NCBI GenBank assembly: GCA_020353515.1
Contig: CP070695.1
Span: 2,454,966-2,518,965 of the forward strand
Source of the DNA: Candidatus Heimdallarchaeota archaeon
GTDB lineage: Archaea > Asgardarchaeota > Heimdallarchaeia > Hodarchaeales > Hodarchaeaceae
Reading direction: 5' to 3'
Length of the DNA stretch: 64,000 bases
The translations under genes and the position numbers were made by a program. Numbering within the stretch: position 1 is the first letter of the stretch; each line of letters opens with the position of its first letter. The notes beneath the pieces are model-generated. The model was not told where the DNA came from and searched no databases. It saw only the letters and a program-made list of their open reading frames with translations. Of this stretch, positions 1 to 10,061 are shown one piece after another.

Positions 1-588
1 ATCGACATTCTACAAGTAACGAAGATTGGTTCATCTGTCTCAATTTTTCTAGATTTTGATCTGAACTCAACCTCCCAGCTTGATTCAAATAAATCATTAG
101 CAGTATTAGTCGTATTTACTCAAGATGAACCATTCGTAATTGAGGCAACGATGTTATTCTTCCATACAGTAGAAGAAGACTTCCTTTTCTGGATGCTTGG
201 AGATCCCTATACTCAAGCCCAGATCTGGCAATTAGGTGTTGAAAATGAGCATTTTCAAACTCAAAATGAATTATTAACTTTGAATTTCATAGAATACCTT
301 GGTATCACCAAACCCGAAATAAATCCTTTTGTGATAGCTTTAATCGCTTCAGGTGAAGTAAATAATCAGACAAATGATTTTAGACCAATTTTAGAGCAAT
401 TTGTAATGTTTTTACCTATACATTATGAATTTCCAAGCATAGAGCAGCCAGGTACTACTGAAGAGACATCAGCTAAAAAATCGTCTCAAGGAAGCGTGGG
501 TGGTCTTACACCAGGTTTTACAATCCTTTCTACTGTGGGTATCTTTCTTTCAACACTCATTGTACTAAGATTCAAACGGAAAAAGTGA
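1..588 (+). CDS. Exported/cell-surface protein, 5'-truncated by window edge, with C-terminal PGF-like sorting signal
   Basis: Frame is open from base 1. It ends in an S/T-rich linker, TPGF, a hydrophobic helix and RFKRKK. Confidence 0.75.
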   Translation: MDILQVTKIGSSVSIFLDFDLNSTSQLDSNKSLAVLVVFTQDEPFVIEATMLFFHTVEEDFLFWMLGDPYTQAQIWQLGVENEHFQTQNELLTLNFIEYLGITKPEINPFVIALIASGEVNNQTNDFRPILEQFVMFLPIHYEFPSIEQPGTTEETSAKKSSQGSVGGLTPGFTILSTVGIFLSTLIVLRFKRKK

Positions 589-642
589 GAAATCAACATA
601 AAAGGTACAAATAGTGAAAAATTGGCTAGTTTTAATAGCACG

Positions 643-1473
643 TCAGATATCGTGGTTCTTTCGAAGATAGCTAACTTCTCCCTCCTCTTTTTGATTGTGA
701 TTTTTCCCATATTGTTTCATTAAGTACTTGTAGCTATACCAATACTGGAACCCAAGCTTTTCATATAACACAATTGCTTTCCTATTCTCTTTCTCAACAT
801 GAAGCCAGCAGATAGTTGCACCATGATTTCTACCCCATTCTATAGCTTCAGTTAATAGAGAAAAACCAATTTTTTGTCTTCTATGATCAGGGTGAATGAA
901 TAATTCAGCAATATAGAGGTATCCTTGGGGATCTAAAATAGCCATAACAGAACCAACAATAGAATTCTCTTTCTTTGCTAAAATAAAACGCTTTTTTGGA
1001 ATTTTAATTCGTTGTGTTACCTCAAGCATGATGTTTTGATCTTCAGTATAATTTGAGGAGAAAGTTGTCAAAAATTCAGAAAATTCAGAAGATTGTTCTT
1101 CAGTGACTTCATAAACAATTTCTTCATTCAGTTTAGTCTGTAATTCTTGAATTTCTAAACCCATAGTATTTATTGAGTAGTCACTATACATATAACCCCG
1201 ATTACGTAATTTTTCCTCAAGTTCTGAAGGATAAAAATAGGACGATAATTTGAATCTCGCTGGTAAGTTATATTTTCTATAAGCTGATTCCACAAAATCA
1301 ATATCTTTTTCTAAATTGATGCCAGTATACTTCACGGCTAAAACGGAGTTAGATCGACCAGTATTACCTCCAGTAAATGTTAAAATCCAACCATTCAAAA
1401 AAAAATAGTGTTTTGGAGGCCAGATGTTAAAAAATATCTTCTGATATTTTATTATCTCTTCTTTTGATAGCAT
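643..1473 (-). CDS. GNAT family N-acetyltransferase
   Basis: Acetyl-CoA motif HPDHRRQKIG and C-terminal NRKAIVLYEKLGF. Start taken at the ATG of MLSKEE. Confidence 0.85.
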   Translation of the reverse strand: MLSKEEIIKYQKIFFNIWPPKHYFFLNGWILTFTGGNTGRSNSVLAVKYTGINLEKDIDFVESAYRKYNLPARFKLSSYFYPSELEEKLRNRGYMYSDYSINTMGLEIQELQTKLNEEIVYEVTEEQSSEFSEFLTTFSSNYTEDQNIMLEVTQRIKIPKKRFILAKKENSIVGSVMAILDPQGYLYIAELFIHPDHRRQKIGFSLLTEAIEWGRNHGATICWLHVEKENRKAIVLYEKLGFQYWYSYKYLMKQYGKNHNQKEEGEVSYLRKNHDI

Positions 1474-1811
1474 CAATCCCACTGATCTTTGGATCATATC
1501 ATTAGGCTAAAATAAGTAAAATGAGGAAGGAGAGATTCCATCTATTTATATAAAATTTCTAATGGGCAAAAAAGTTACAGGAATATTCTTTCAGGCCTAT
1601 TCATCTTTAACCTCTCTATGTGTGTTGAGAAAATCTCATGACTTAGTTATTTTTTGATTAGAATTCTTTCTCCCAATTCTTCCTCAATATAAGAACACGC
1701 TTAGGAAAGAAAAAAAATGAATTATTTAAAATAACCAGTAACCAATTTGATTTCATACTGGAAGATTTATAAGAATCATGGTTATTAAGTAGGTATCTAA
1801 AGAGGAAGTCC

Positions 1812-2342
1812 TTGAAGATGATAACAGTCACAAAGGAACAAAGGTTAGAAAATTATCCAATTAAAATTGTTTGTTCTTCGGTAACTCTAACAGTCATTAG
1901 TTATCTACTAGGTACACTTGTACTTTATGTTCTTCATCCATTTCTTGGAATTCTGTATCTCTTATTAGCAGTTTCTACAATTATTGTTAGTATGAAATTA
2001 AGGTGTTCGTATTGTTATTATCTTGGAAAGTACTGTAATTTTGGCCTGGGAAAACTTGCTGCTCTCTTTTTTAAAAAAGGAATTTCAAGAGAGTTTCAGA
2101 ATCCTAAAAAAGTCATTTCAACGGCTATATTGAGTTTTGGAACAATGCTACTCCCAGTAATTACAGGATTCGGGTTAATACTGTTTTCTTTTTCTCTAAT
2201 AAATTTTAGTCTTCTTTTGGTGTATATCTTATTTGGGATTTTACCAGGTTTTCTTGTCCGAGGTAATTTTTGTGATAAATGCATCCAAGGTCAGCTTGGT
2301 TGTCCAGCTTATCAGCAGATGATAAAAGGAAGGGAAAAATAA
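1812..2342 (+). CDS. 4-TM membrane protein with Cys clusters (uncharacterised)
   Basis: Four hydrophobic segments, with CSYCYYLGKYC and CDKCxxxxxGCP motifs. Confidence 0.7.
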   Translation: MKMITVTKEQRLENYPIKIVCSSVTLTVISYLLGTLVLYVLHPFLGILYLLLAVSTIIVSMKLRCSYCYYLGKYCNFGLGKLAALFFKKGISREFQNPKKVISTAILSFGTMLLPVITGFGLILFSFSLINFSLLLVYILFGILPGFLVRGNFCDKCIQGQLGCPAYQQMIKGREK

Positions 2343-2392
2343 AAGGATGACCTAAATTAATCCCCTTAGAATATCAAAGGAATTATTTTCAA

Positions 2393-3352
2393 ATGGAAAT
2401 ACTTGAATATGATGAAGTAGACCCTCTCGATGTTCTTCAACTGAATTTAATGGCATTGGATTTTGCATTAACCCCTGAGCGAGTGAAATTAATCCGTCAG
2501 TATGACACCCGTGCTTTTCCGTGTTTTGCAATCTATGCCAGTATTAATAATGTAATCACAGGCCAGGTTGGCCTTTTTCGCTTACCCATGGTATCTATAA
2601 ATGGACCAGAAGATGTGGGTGGGGTCTGGGCGGTCTCTACACATCCTGAATATAAACGTAAAGGGATTGCAACGCGTTTATTAAATGAAGCTCATGAACG
2701 GATGCGAACAGAAGGATTGAGATTTTCTACTCTCGGAACTTCATCTTTTCGATTAGCTTACTCATTATACCTGAAATGTGGTTATCAGGATGTTTTCTCC
2801 TCAACATCAATATTACTGCCTCAAAAATTAATCCCAAGTTCATTTATTTTTACTACCGAACAAGCTTCACAAGACAACTTACATCTTGCGGATTCCTTTT
2901 TTTCGAAAGTATCCAAGGGAGCCTTAGGTTTTTCCCATCGTTTTGATGGCTTTCTCTCGACCATGTGTCGGATTGGTGAGATAGCAATGGGACCGATCTC
3001 AGAACATAGTGTATGGTTTATTAATAATGAAGGTAGATTGGTCGGGTACGCAATTGTATCTGTCGCAGGCTCTATCCTCAAAATTCATGACATTCTTCTC
3101 GCAAGTGAAGTATCAGTGGTTGACGCGCTTCCCGCTTTAATTCAAAATCTCCCATGTTCCTATGTTCATATTAAGTCAACTCACTCCTCGGTTACAAGAA
3201 GTTTAATCCGACTAGGAGGCCGCGTTGTTCCTCAAGATTGGAGTACATTCATGATAAAATCACTAACAAAGGATGTGATGAAACTCGATCTAAAGAGTCA
3301 CTTCGGTATTGGAACAGATAAATTCTTGTTCTCATGGCTAGATAGTACATAA
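2393..3352 (+). CDS. GNAT family N-acetyltransferase
   Basis: VSTHPEYKRKGIA motif A and AYSLYLKCGY. Confidence 0.85.
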   Translation: MEILEYDEVDPLDVLQLNLMALDFALTPERVKLIRQYDTRAFPCFAIYASINNVITGQVGLFRLPMVSINGPEDVGGVWAVSTHPEYKRKGIATRLLNEAHERMRTEGLRFSTLGTSSFRLAYSLYLKCGYQDVFSSTSILLPQKLIPSSFIFTTEQASQDNLHLADSFFSKVSKGALGFSHRFDGFLSTMCRIGEIAMGPISEHSVWFINNEGRLVGYAIVSVAGSILKIHDILLASEVSVVDALPALIQNLPCSYVHIKSTHSSVTRSLIRLGGRVVPQDWSTFMIKSLTKDVMKLDLKSHFGIGTDKFLFSWLDST

Positions 3353-3358
3353 CTAAAG

Positions 3359-3921
3359 TTAATCTAAGGCATCTAAACTCTCAGGTGGAGCTGCAATTTT
3401 TCCATTCAAGATTGGATCATTAGTTTCTTCTAGCCACTGGACTAACATGGTTTTTAGGCTTCCCTTTATCTTAGAATACTCATGTTTGTTAGCTAGATTC
3501 TTCATTTCAAACGGATCATTCTCTAGATCATACAGCTCTTCTTCTTCTATAGGGATATTAAAATCAGGATTTTGTTTAATGTATATCTCTGTGGATTCTG
3601 TTGATGCAAAACCAATTGGAATTTCGAAGCGAGTTGGAATAGTCTCAAAATTCATAATAAATTTCCATTTTCTTGTACGAATTGCTCGCATTGCATTATA
3701 GCAATCATGATATGTCAATTCTGAGAAGATATGTTCTCGTTCTTTGTACTCTTCGCCTTTTAACAATGGATAGAAACTTCGGCCTTTAACATCTTCTGGA
3801 ACCTCCACTCCTACTAATTCTGACAATGTTGGGTATAAATCGATATTGGATGTCCATAACAACCAAAATAATCTCCAGTGTCATGAGTTATAATTAGGAT
3901 AATGTTTGGGGTAGAATTCAT
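3359..3921 (-). pseudogene. Sulfatase pseudogene with large internal deletion
   Basis: ATG at 3921 reads MNSTPNIILIITHDTGDYFGCYGHP (sulfatase N-terminus). It joins out of frame at ~3844-3850 to SNIDLYPTL...ELYDLENDPFEMKNLA (C-terminus). The CxPxR catalytic region is absent. Confidence 0.85.
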
Positions 3922-3975
3922 TATTTTCTTACTAATGAATATCTACTTATCATCCTTTTTGGAATATAGGAAGGA

Positions 3976-4260
3976 TTAATTTAACTCAAAACTATTCCAA
4001 TTAGATTGTTTGACCATTAATGGAGACATTTTACTAAGTTGTTCTTTGAATACCCCCGATTTTGATACTTTAATGGCATCCTCTTTACTTTGCCAATAAG
4101 TAAGAAATGATAATTTATTGTTGTCTTGATTTATGACAAGTCTCCAACCTTCCCATCCTTGTTGTTCTTGAAATAATGGGATTATCTCACATTCAATGAG
4201 AGTTGCTACATTCTCAGTATTTTCGCCTTTAATAAGGCCTGTAAATAAATTTGTATACAT
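3976..4260 (-). CDS. Small ABM-like (dimeric alpha+beta barrel) protein
   Basis: 94 aa with pattern ...PLFQEQQGWEG...FLTYWQSKEDA typical of ABM-like domains. Confidence 0.6.
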   Translation of the reverse strand: MYTNLFTGLIKGENTENVATLIECEIIPLFQEQQGWEGWRLVINQDNNKLSFLTYWQSKEDAIKVSKSGVFKEQLSKMSPLMVKQSNWNSFELN

Positions 4261-4597
4261 TCTATTTTCACCTTTTTATTCGCTTTCAATTAAAGGATCC
4301 ATTAAAAATTATTGATATTTTTCTATACGATATTCGTATATGATGATATTTAGTAGGAGGCAGAATCGGATTTTTTTAACTTGAAATCTAATCTGGTACA
4401 ATTTAAAGCTGATTTGCTTGTTTTCTCTTCTCTTTCACATTATTTTTGATGAATTCTACCCTTATGAGAATTCACAATTTCCTTTCTGAAATCTGTCAAA
4501 AATTGATATTTTCCTTTTATAATTGATATAATTGCTTTAGGGTGGAGTTAAATAGCACTCACCTAAACAACGTTCTTCCTATCATACTTTTAAAATC

Positions 4598-5761
4598 TTA
4601 AGTTTCCCTTAAAGTAAATCGACTTCCAATGAGAAAGAGGACAAAGAAGAGAAGCATAGCAATCAGTTCACCATTGAAAATTTCCAAGACATATCCTTCA
4701 ATTGAGATCCGTCGCAACAGATTAACACCATACGTCGTAGGTAATAAATAACATACCCATTGAATAATCTTTGGGATTTGGCTAATCGGGATAACTATTC
4801 CTGAGAGTAATAGTGCAGGTAATATCACTAGAGGGACAAATTGGATTGCTTGAAATTCTGAGCGAGCAAAAGATGATAAAAATATTGCCAATACTAATCC
4901 TGTCCATCCAAGTATGACCGCACCGATATAAAGTGAGATATAATGTGCTAATGTAGTTCCAAAGGACACATTAAACAGAGCACGCGCGACAATAATTATC
5001 ACGGTCGTTTGAGCCATACTAACAACTGAGAATGCTACCAGATAACCGATGATTATTTGGCCCTTATCGTGAGGACACTGCAGAAGCAATGGTAATGTCC
5101 CTCCTTTCCTTTCTCCGATCAAGTTCATCATAATGAGTATAAAGGAGAAGAAAAACACACCAAAAATAATCATTGCCGGAGCAAAAAAATCAAGAGTGGT
5201 CGAATCCTCTCCATAAGCATATTCTACATCAAATTTTAGATTTTCTCGTAAATCACCTGTAGCTTCTTGAAATGCTTCTTGGAATGCCTGAATTATAACA
5301 CCTCCCTCTTGAGGATTGCTATTATCTAAAAACAACTTAATTGAAACATTTTCACCTGTAAAGGAAGCCAGATTGTAGGTAAAATTCTGAGGAATCCAAA
5401 TGGCACATCTATATTGTTTGTCACGAACCAGTTCTTCTACTTCAGAATATTTAAGAGTACTAAGAGTAACATCCACTTTTGCTGATTCATCAAGAGAATT
5501 AACTATTTTTGTTCCAAGTGAGGGTATGTCCTGATAAGTAAAGTTAATGAAAGGATAAGTCGGAATTTGGACTATTCTTGTTACTCGTGCATCACTATCC
5601 TCATTGATGACAATGATTGGTTCATGTTCTATTTCCCCTCCAAAAGCAACACCAAAAACTATAATATATATGATTGGGGCAAATAATAACAATCCTAATG
5701 TCCGTCTATCGCGAAGGAGTTGTTTCCATAATCTTAGAGTTATTAAGTATGCAAATTTCAA
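4598..5761 (-). CDS. ABC-2 type exporter permease
   Basis: N-terminal TM, extracellular loop, GERKGGTL motif, five C-terminal TMs, LLPTTY. Overlaps the ATPase gene by 4 bp. Confidence 0.9.
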   Translation of the reverse strand: MKFAYLITLRLWKQLLRDRRTLGLLLFAPIIYIIVFGVAFGGEIEHEPIIVINEDSDARVTRIVQIPTYPFINFTYQDIPSLGTKIVNSLDESAKVDVTLSTLKYSEVEELVRDKQYRCAIWIPQNFTYNLASFTGENVSIKLFLDNSNPQEGGVIIQAFQEAFQEATGDLRENLKFDVEYAYGEDSTTLDFFAPAMIIFGVFFFSFILIMMNLIGERKGGTLPLLLQCPHDKGQIIIGYLVAFSVVSMAQTTVIIIVARALFNVSFGTTLAHYISLYIGAVILGWTGLVLAIFLSSFARSEFQAIQFVPLVILPALLLSGIVIPISQIPKIIQWVCYLLPTTYGVNLLRRISIEGYVLEIFNGELIAMLLFFVLFLIGSRFTLRET

Positions 5762-6498
5762 GCTGTATCCTCCTTAATTAACTCAAAAAACATGTTCTCC
5801 ATATTAATCTGCCCAGTTCGTTTCAACAGATTTTCTGGTGTATCAACTGCTAAGAGAGATCCATCTCTCATCACACCCACTCTATCTGCCCATTCAGCTT
5901 CATTTAAATAGTGAGTAGTGACCAATATTGTGGTTCCTTGATCTTTAGCAATTTCTCTAAAATATTGCCAGAATTCTCGGCGCAAAACGGGATCAAGCCC
6001 AACCGTTGGTTCATCAAGAAAAGCAATCTCGGGTTTATTTACCATTGCTTGAGCTAAAGCCGTTCTTTGTTGTGTTCCGCCTGATAGATGAAGAGCTAAT
6101 TTGTCTTGATGATCAGTAAGGGATAATTTATTAATCATAACAGATGCATATTCGTCCACATGTTTACCAGGAACACCCTTGGCCCGTGCGAAGAATTTAA
6201 TGTTCTCTTTTGCAGTCAAGAGATCATAAAGCGCCCGTTGTTGAGGAAGGTAACCCATGATCCGCCGAAGCTTTTTCTTCTCTTGGGGAATATGGTAACC
6301 CTTGACTAGAATATCTCCTGAGCCTTTTTCAGACTTTAGAATTCCTAATAATAAGCGAATGGTTGTGGTTTTACCTGCTGCGTTAGGTCCTACGAGACAA
6401 AAAATTTCACCTATATTAACTTGGAGATTCAGATTATCCACTGCAATAACTTCTCCAAATCGCTTAGAGACGTTAGATATTTCAATATCAAATGTCAT
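5758..6498 (-). CDS. ABC exporter ATP-binding protein
   Basis: Walker A GPNAAGKTT, signature LSGG, Walker B FLDEPT, H-loop TTH. Confidence 0.95.
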   Translation of the reverse strand: MTFDIEISNVSKRFGEVIAVDNLNLQVNIGEIFCLVGPNAAGKTTTIRLLLGILKSEKGSGDILVKGYHIPQEKKKLRRIMGYLPQQRALYDLLTAKENIKFFARAKGVPGKHVDEYASVMINKLSLTDHQDKLALHLSGGTQQRTALAQAMVNKPEIAFLDEPTVGLDPVLRREFWQYFREIAKDQGTTILVTTHYLNEAEWADRVGVMRDGSLLAVDTPENLLKRTGQINMENMFFELIKEDTA

Positions 6499-6556
6499 AA
6501 ATTCACCAAACCATACAAACGATCTTAAAGATCAAGTTTAGATATGAATATTATTT

Positions 6557-6587
6557 TGTTACCCCTCGGGGGGGAAACATATATAAG
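6557..6587. promoter_or_regulatory. Candidate operator inverted repeat plus TATA box in divergent promoter
   Basis: TGTTACCCC-tcggg-GGGGAAACA (8/9 inverted match) directly followed by TATATAAG, between the ABC genes and the TrmB gene. Confidence 0.5.
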
Positions 6588-6643
6588 GTTTATGATTCTA
6601 ACCGCTTCATGGAGTTAATCCTAAACAGATATTGGTAGTATTC

Positions 6644-7543
6644 ATGAGCGTTGAAAAATCACTAATAAACGATTTTCAAACACTTGGGTTATCACAGAAT
6701 GAAAGTAAAACACTTTTAGCCTTAGTGAAACTTGGGGGATCAGGGGAAGTATCAAAAATCGAAGATTTCACTGATATTAGACGTAATAAGATTTATCAAG
6801 CACTTGGCGGACTTATTACCAAGAAATTAGTGATGCGAGGAGAAGTCAAAGGAAGTGCTAATACTTTTAGACTTGTTTATAGTAATCCATCCGATCTCGT
6901 TTCATATATACAGAGAACGATCATTGATCCAATCGATAAAGCAGCTAAAAGATCAGTCCAAAATCTGGAAAATTTTACTGATATAGTTGAAAAAACCACT
7001 CAAGAGGTTTGGATGGTTAAAGGAAATTCGAACATTATCCGAATTGAAAAAGAGCTTGTTGATTCTGCGAAAGTTTCGATAGTTAGTAATCTGTTCCCAG
7101 AATATACTGAACCAGTTATCTCCAATCTTGGAAATGCTTTGATAAAAGGTGTAAACATCAAGATTCTTATGTTAGAAGAGGAAGTAACGCAATTAAAAGT
7201 TCCTTTAGATCATATTTGCTCAGAACATTTAGGAATAAACGCAAGTAAATTAGCTACTCTCGCAGAGATGATTCCACTAGAAGCGAATCCTATGATCTCT
7301 CCAATCTTAACTAATTTGGGTCAATTCCTAACAATACGACCCAACTTCCTTTTTATTGATTCAGAAACCGAGAATCCATCAGCTTTATTAATTATTAAGT
7401 CTACAAAAGATCCTACCTATTCAATTGCGTTGCAAACTGATAATCAGGATTTTATAAGCTCCTTTATGCACTTAATAGAGTTTATTCAGAGTATTGCTTT
7501 GAATATGAAGATGTTACAGGATGAACTCCTTTCTGATGATTAA
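6644..7543 (+). CDS. TrmB family transcriptional regulator
   Basis: N-terminal LGLSQNESKTLLAL...IRRNKIYQALGGL HTH and VWMVKG effector-domain entry. Confidence 0.85.
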   Translation: MSVEKSLINDFQTLGLSQNESKTLLALVKLGGSGEVSKIEDFTDIRRNKIYQALGGLITKKLVMRGEVKGSANTFRLVYSNPSDLVSYIQRTIIDPIDKAAKRSVQNLENFTDIVEKTTQEVWMVKGNSNIIRIEKELVDSAKVSIVSNLFPEYTEPVISNLGNALIKGVNIKILMLEEEVTQLKVPLDHICSEHLGINASKLATLAEMIPLEANPMISPILTNLGQFLTIRPNFLFIDSETENPSALLIIKSTKDPTYSIALQTDNQDFISSFMHLIEFIQSIALNMKMLQDELLSDD

Positions 7544-7580
7544 TTTGGTTGAAAAACTAAGCCTGGGAATAGATGGAACT

Positions 7581-8498
7581 ATGTCTAACACAGAAAAAAT
7601 ACTAGTTTTAGGAGGAACAGGACACTATGGCAGACATATTGTAAAAGCACTGATTGAAAATAAACAAAAAGTCAGAGTTTTATCTCGAAATATGACAAAA
7701 GCGAGGGAAATAATTGGAGAAGAACCTGAAATCTTGGAAGGGGATATTACATCTAATGAGACAGTAATTAATGCCCTTCAAGGAGTGAGTGCAATTATTA
7801 TCTGTGTATCCGCTTTCAATAAAAAAAACATCCGTAAATTCAAGCTTATCGAAAGAGATTCTGTACTAATCGTTCTTTATGAAGCAGAGAAAATTGGTAT
7901 AAAACGTATTGTGTATATTTCCGTCTATGGGAAACCAGATGTGAATGTAGATATATCACAAGGCAGGATCAAACGTGAAATTGAAGATAAATTAGAACAA
8001 ACAAGTTTTAATTATACAATTCTAGGAGCTCCTCCTTCAATGGAAATTTTCTTTTCAATGATTCGTAAGGGGAAGATGACTGTTCCTGGGGGAGGACCCC
8101 CTGCTTTACCTACAATTGCTCCAATAGATCTAGGCAAAATTGCAGCCCAAACAGTAGTTCGATCTGATTTGAATAGAAAACGATTCAGTTTGGTTGGTTC
8201 TGATGTGATATCTTTCAGAGAAGCTGCAGATAGGATTTCAAAAGTCACTGGAAAGGAGATTGGCTTCCGAAAAGTTCCATTATTTCCTATTAAAGTAGCA
8301 GCATTAATAACAGGAGTACTACGTCCTTTCTTTCCCTATATTTCTCAACTGTTGAAATTTATTATATTAATGAATACAGCATTTACTTCTGAAATGGTAG
8401 AACAAGCTTTTGATCATCAAAGGCTTCTTCAAGAGACCTTTGATTATCAACCACTTACTCTAGAAGAGTTTACTATGAAATATTACAACTTGAAGTAA
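7581..8498 (+). CDS. NmrA-like/atypical SDR NAD(P)-binding protein
   Basis: ILVLGGTGHYG Rossmann motif, VRVLSR, EGDI. Confidence 0.85.
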   Translation: MSNTEKILVLGGTGHYGRHIVKALIENKQKVRVLSRNMTKAREIIGEEPEILEGDITSNETVINALQGVSAIIICVSAFNKKNIRKFKLIERDSVLIVLYEAEKIGIKRIVYISVYGKPDVNVDISQGRIKREIEDKLEQTSFNYTILGAPPSMEIFFSMIRKGKMTVPGGGPPALPTIAPIDLGKIAAQTVVRSDLNRKRFSLVGSDVISFREAADRISKVTGKEIGFRKVPLFPIKVAALITGVLRPFFPYISQLLKFIILMNTAFTSEMVEQAFDHQRLLQETFDYQPLTLEEFTMKYYNLK

Positions 8499-8522
8499 TT
8501 CCGGGAAGGGAGAAAGGTCTAA

Positions 8523-9401
8523 TCAGCCCATCTTCCATAACCTAATCTTCTTATCAGCTGCTCCTACTGCCAACCATTTACCATCGGGAGAGAAGGTCAC
8601 CGAGGTTATCCCTTTAGGTTTTAATTGTTGACTTTTTAGAATTTCACCATTTTTAACTGATCGAATCATCACTTGAAATGCAGCGACTATTGCAATCGCT
8701 TTATCATCAGGTGAGAATGCAGAATTAGAATAACCTTCAGAATCTAAAGAGAAATCATGCAGAATCTCCCAATTGGAAGTATCCCATATTTTTAGTGTTT
8801 TATCATATCCAGAAGAAGCTAGATATTCTCCATTTGAAGAAAGAGTTAAAGCTGTAACAGCAGTCTTATGACCTGGTAAACTATTAATCAAATCACCAGA
8901 TGAAATACGATATACTAAGATGTCTTCATTAAGACCTGAAACTAATAATGTTTCATTATCAGGAAGGAATATATTAGCTGATACATTTCGTTTCAAAGCA
9001 TTTATCGTTAAAACTTCCTCACCAGTTCCTATATCCCAAATCTTGACGTTTCCATCGTAAGACCCTGAAACAAAAAATCTTCCATCAGGAGATATACTCA
9101 CACAAGTAACGGTTTTTTTATGTCCTCTTATATTCAATTTTTCTTTTCCAGATGGAAAAGACCACAATTTCATTGTCGAATCAGTTGAACCAGAGACTAA
9201 GGTTGTTGTATCTGGTGAAAGTGCAATAGAATTAACACTATGCGTGTGACCAGTCATAGTTCCCTTTAAATTCCATTCAGGTACACTCCAGAGATTGATT
9301 ACATTGTCCATCCCTGCTGAAACTAATGATTGACTATCAGGAGTGAAAAGTAAATCCAAGACATAACTAGTATGTGCTGAGATTATTTCAGGATCTTTCA
9401 T
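8523..9401 (-). CDS. WD40-repeat beta-propeller protein (7 blades)
   Basis: Repeated GH...SPD...SGS.D..VKIWD units over the whole ~290 aa. Confidence 0.95.
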   Translation of the reverse strand: MKDPEIISAHTSYVLDLLFTPDSQSLVSAGMDNVINLWSVPEWNLKGTMTGHTHSVNSIALSPDTTTLVSGSTDSTMKLWSFPSGKEKLNIRGHKKTVTCVSISPDGRFFVSGSYDGNVKIWDIGTGEEVLTINALKRNVSANIFLPDNETLLVSGLNEDILVYRISSGDLINSLPGHKTAVTALTLSSNGEYLASSGYDKTLKIWDTSNWEILHDFSLDSEGYSNSAFSPDDKAIAIVAAFQVMIRSVKNGEILKSQQLKPKGITSVTFSPDGKWLAVGAADKKIRLWKMG

Positions 9402-9541
9402 GAAATTAAACCTCAATATATAACACATCTTAACAAAATGAAAATATTATCGCTTCAATTCTCGAAATTATCAAATTTTATAAAAATGAGATAGGATTTT
9501 ATTTAGAGAATCTAATTGTTTTAGAAAAAAAATGAGATCTA

Positions 9542-9682
9542 TTAAGTTGAGAGAAGTCCTTGACTCCATTTCTTGCTCTCATGATCTATTTTATCTTTAT
9601 CATGATCCTTCTCTGTTTCATATCTAGAAAAAGCAGCCATAAATGCTTCAGGTGATGTTAATTTTATTCTTCCTGCTTTCAT
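9542..9682 (-). CDS. Possible 46-aa small protein (not in ORF track)
   Basis: ATG..TAA ORF MKAGRIKLTSPEAFMAAFSRYETEKDHDKDKIDHESKKWSQGLLST, co-oriented upstream of the WD40 gene. Confidence 0.3.
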   Translation of the reverse strand: MKAGRIKLTSPEAFMAAFSRYETEKDHDKDKIDHESKKWSQGLLST

Positions 9683-10061
9683 TTCAATCCATCAACCGAA
9701 TCCTTTTGAATTGTGTAGCATCCCAGGAGATTAAAAACCACCATATTATCTGGGTAAGAGAGATCTAGGAACTAGCTGGATCCCATCACTTTATAATAAT
9801 TGAGAAGACACCTTTTTCAAAATAAAAGTAATTTTATAGAAATTCTTGACATCTGTTAACAATTAAAATGATCTATAGGAAATGGTTTTGTAATGAGACT
9901 AAAGTAAATCATGATCCATTAGAAAAGAATTGATTTTTCTCAAAAAAGGAATTTAGGTAGGAAGAATTCTTCCGATTTTCCCGAGGCCTTACAAAATAAG
10001 AAAAGTCATTTATTGCTAAATGAGAATTATTATAAAAAATAACTTTCAGTGATATAAAAAC

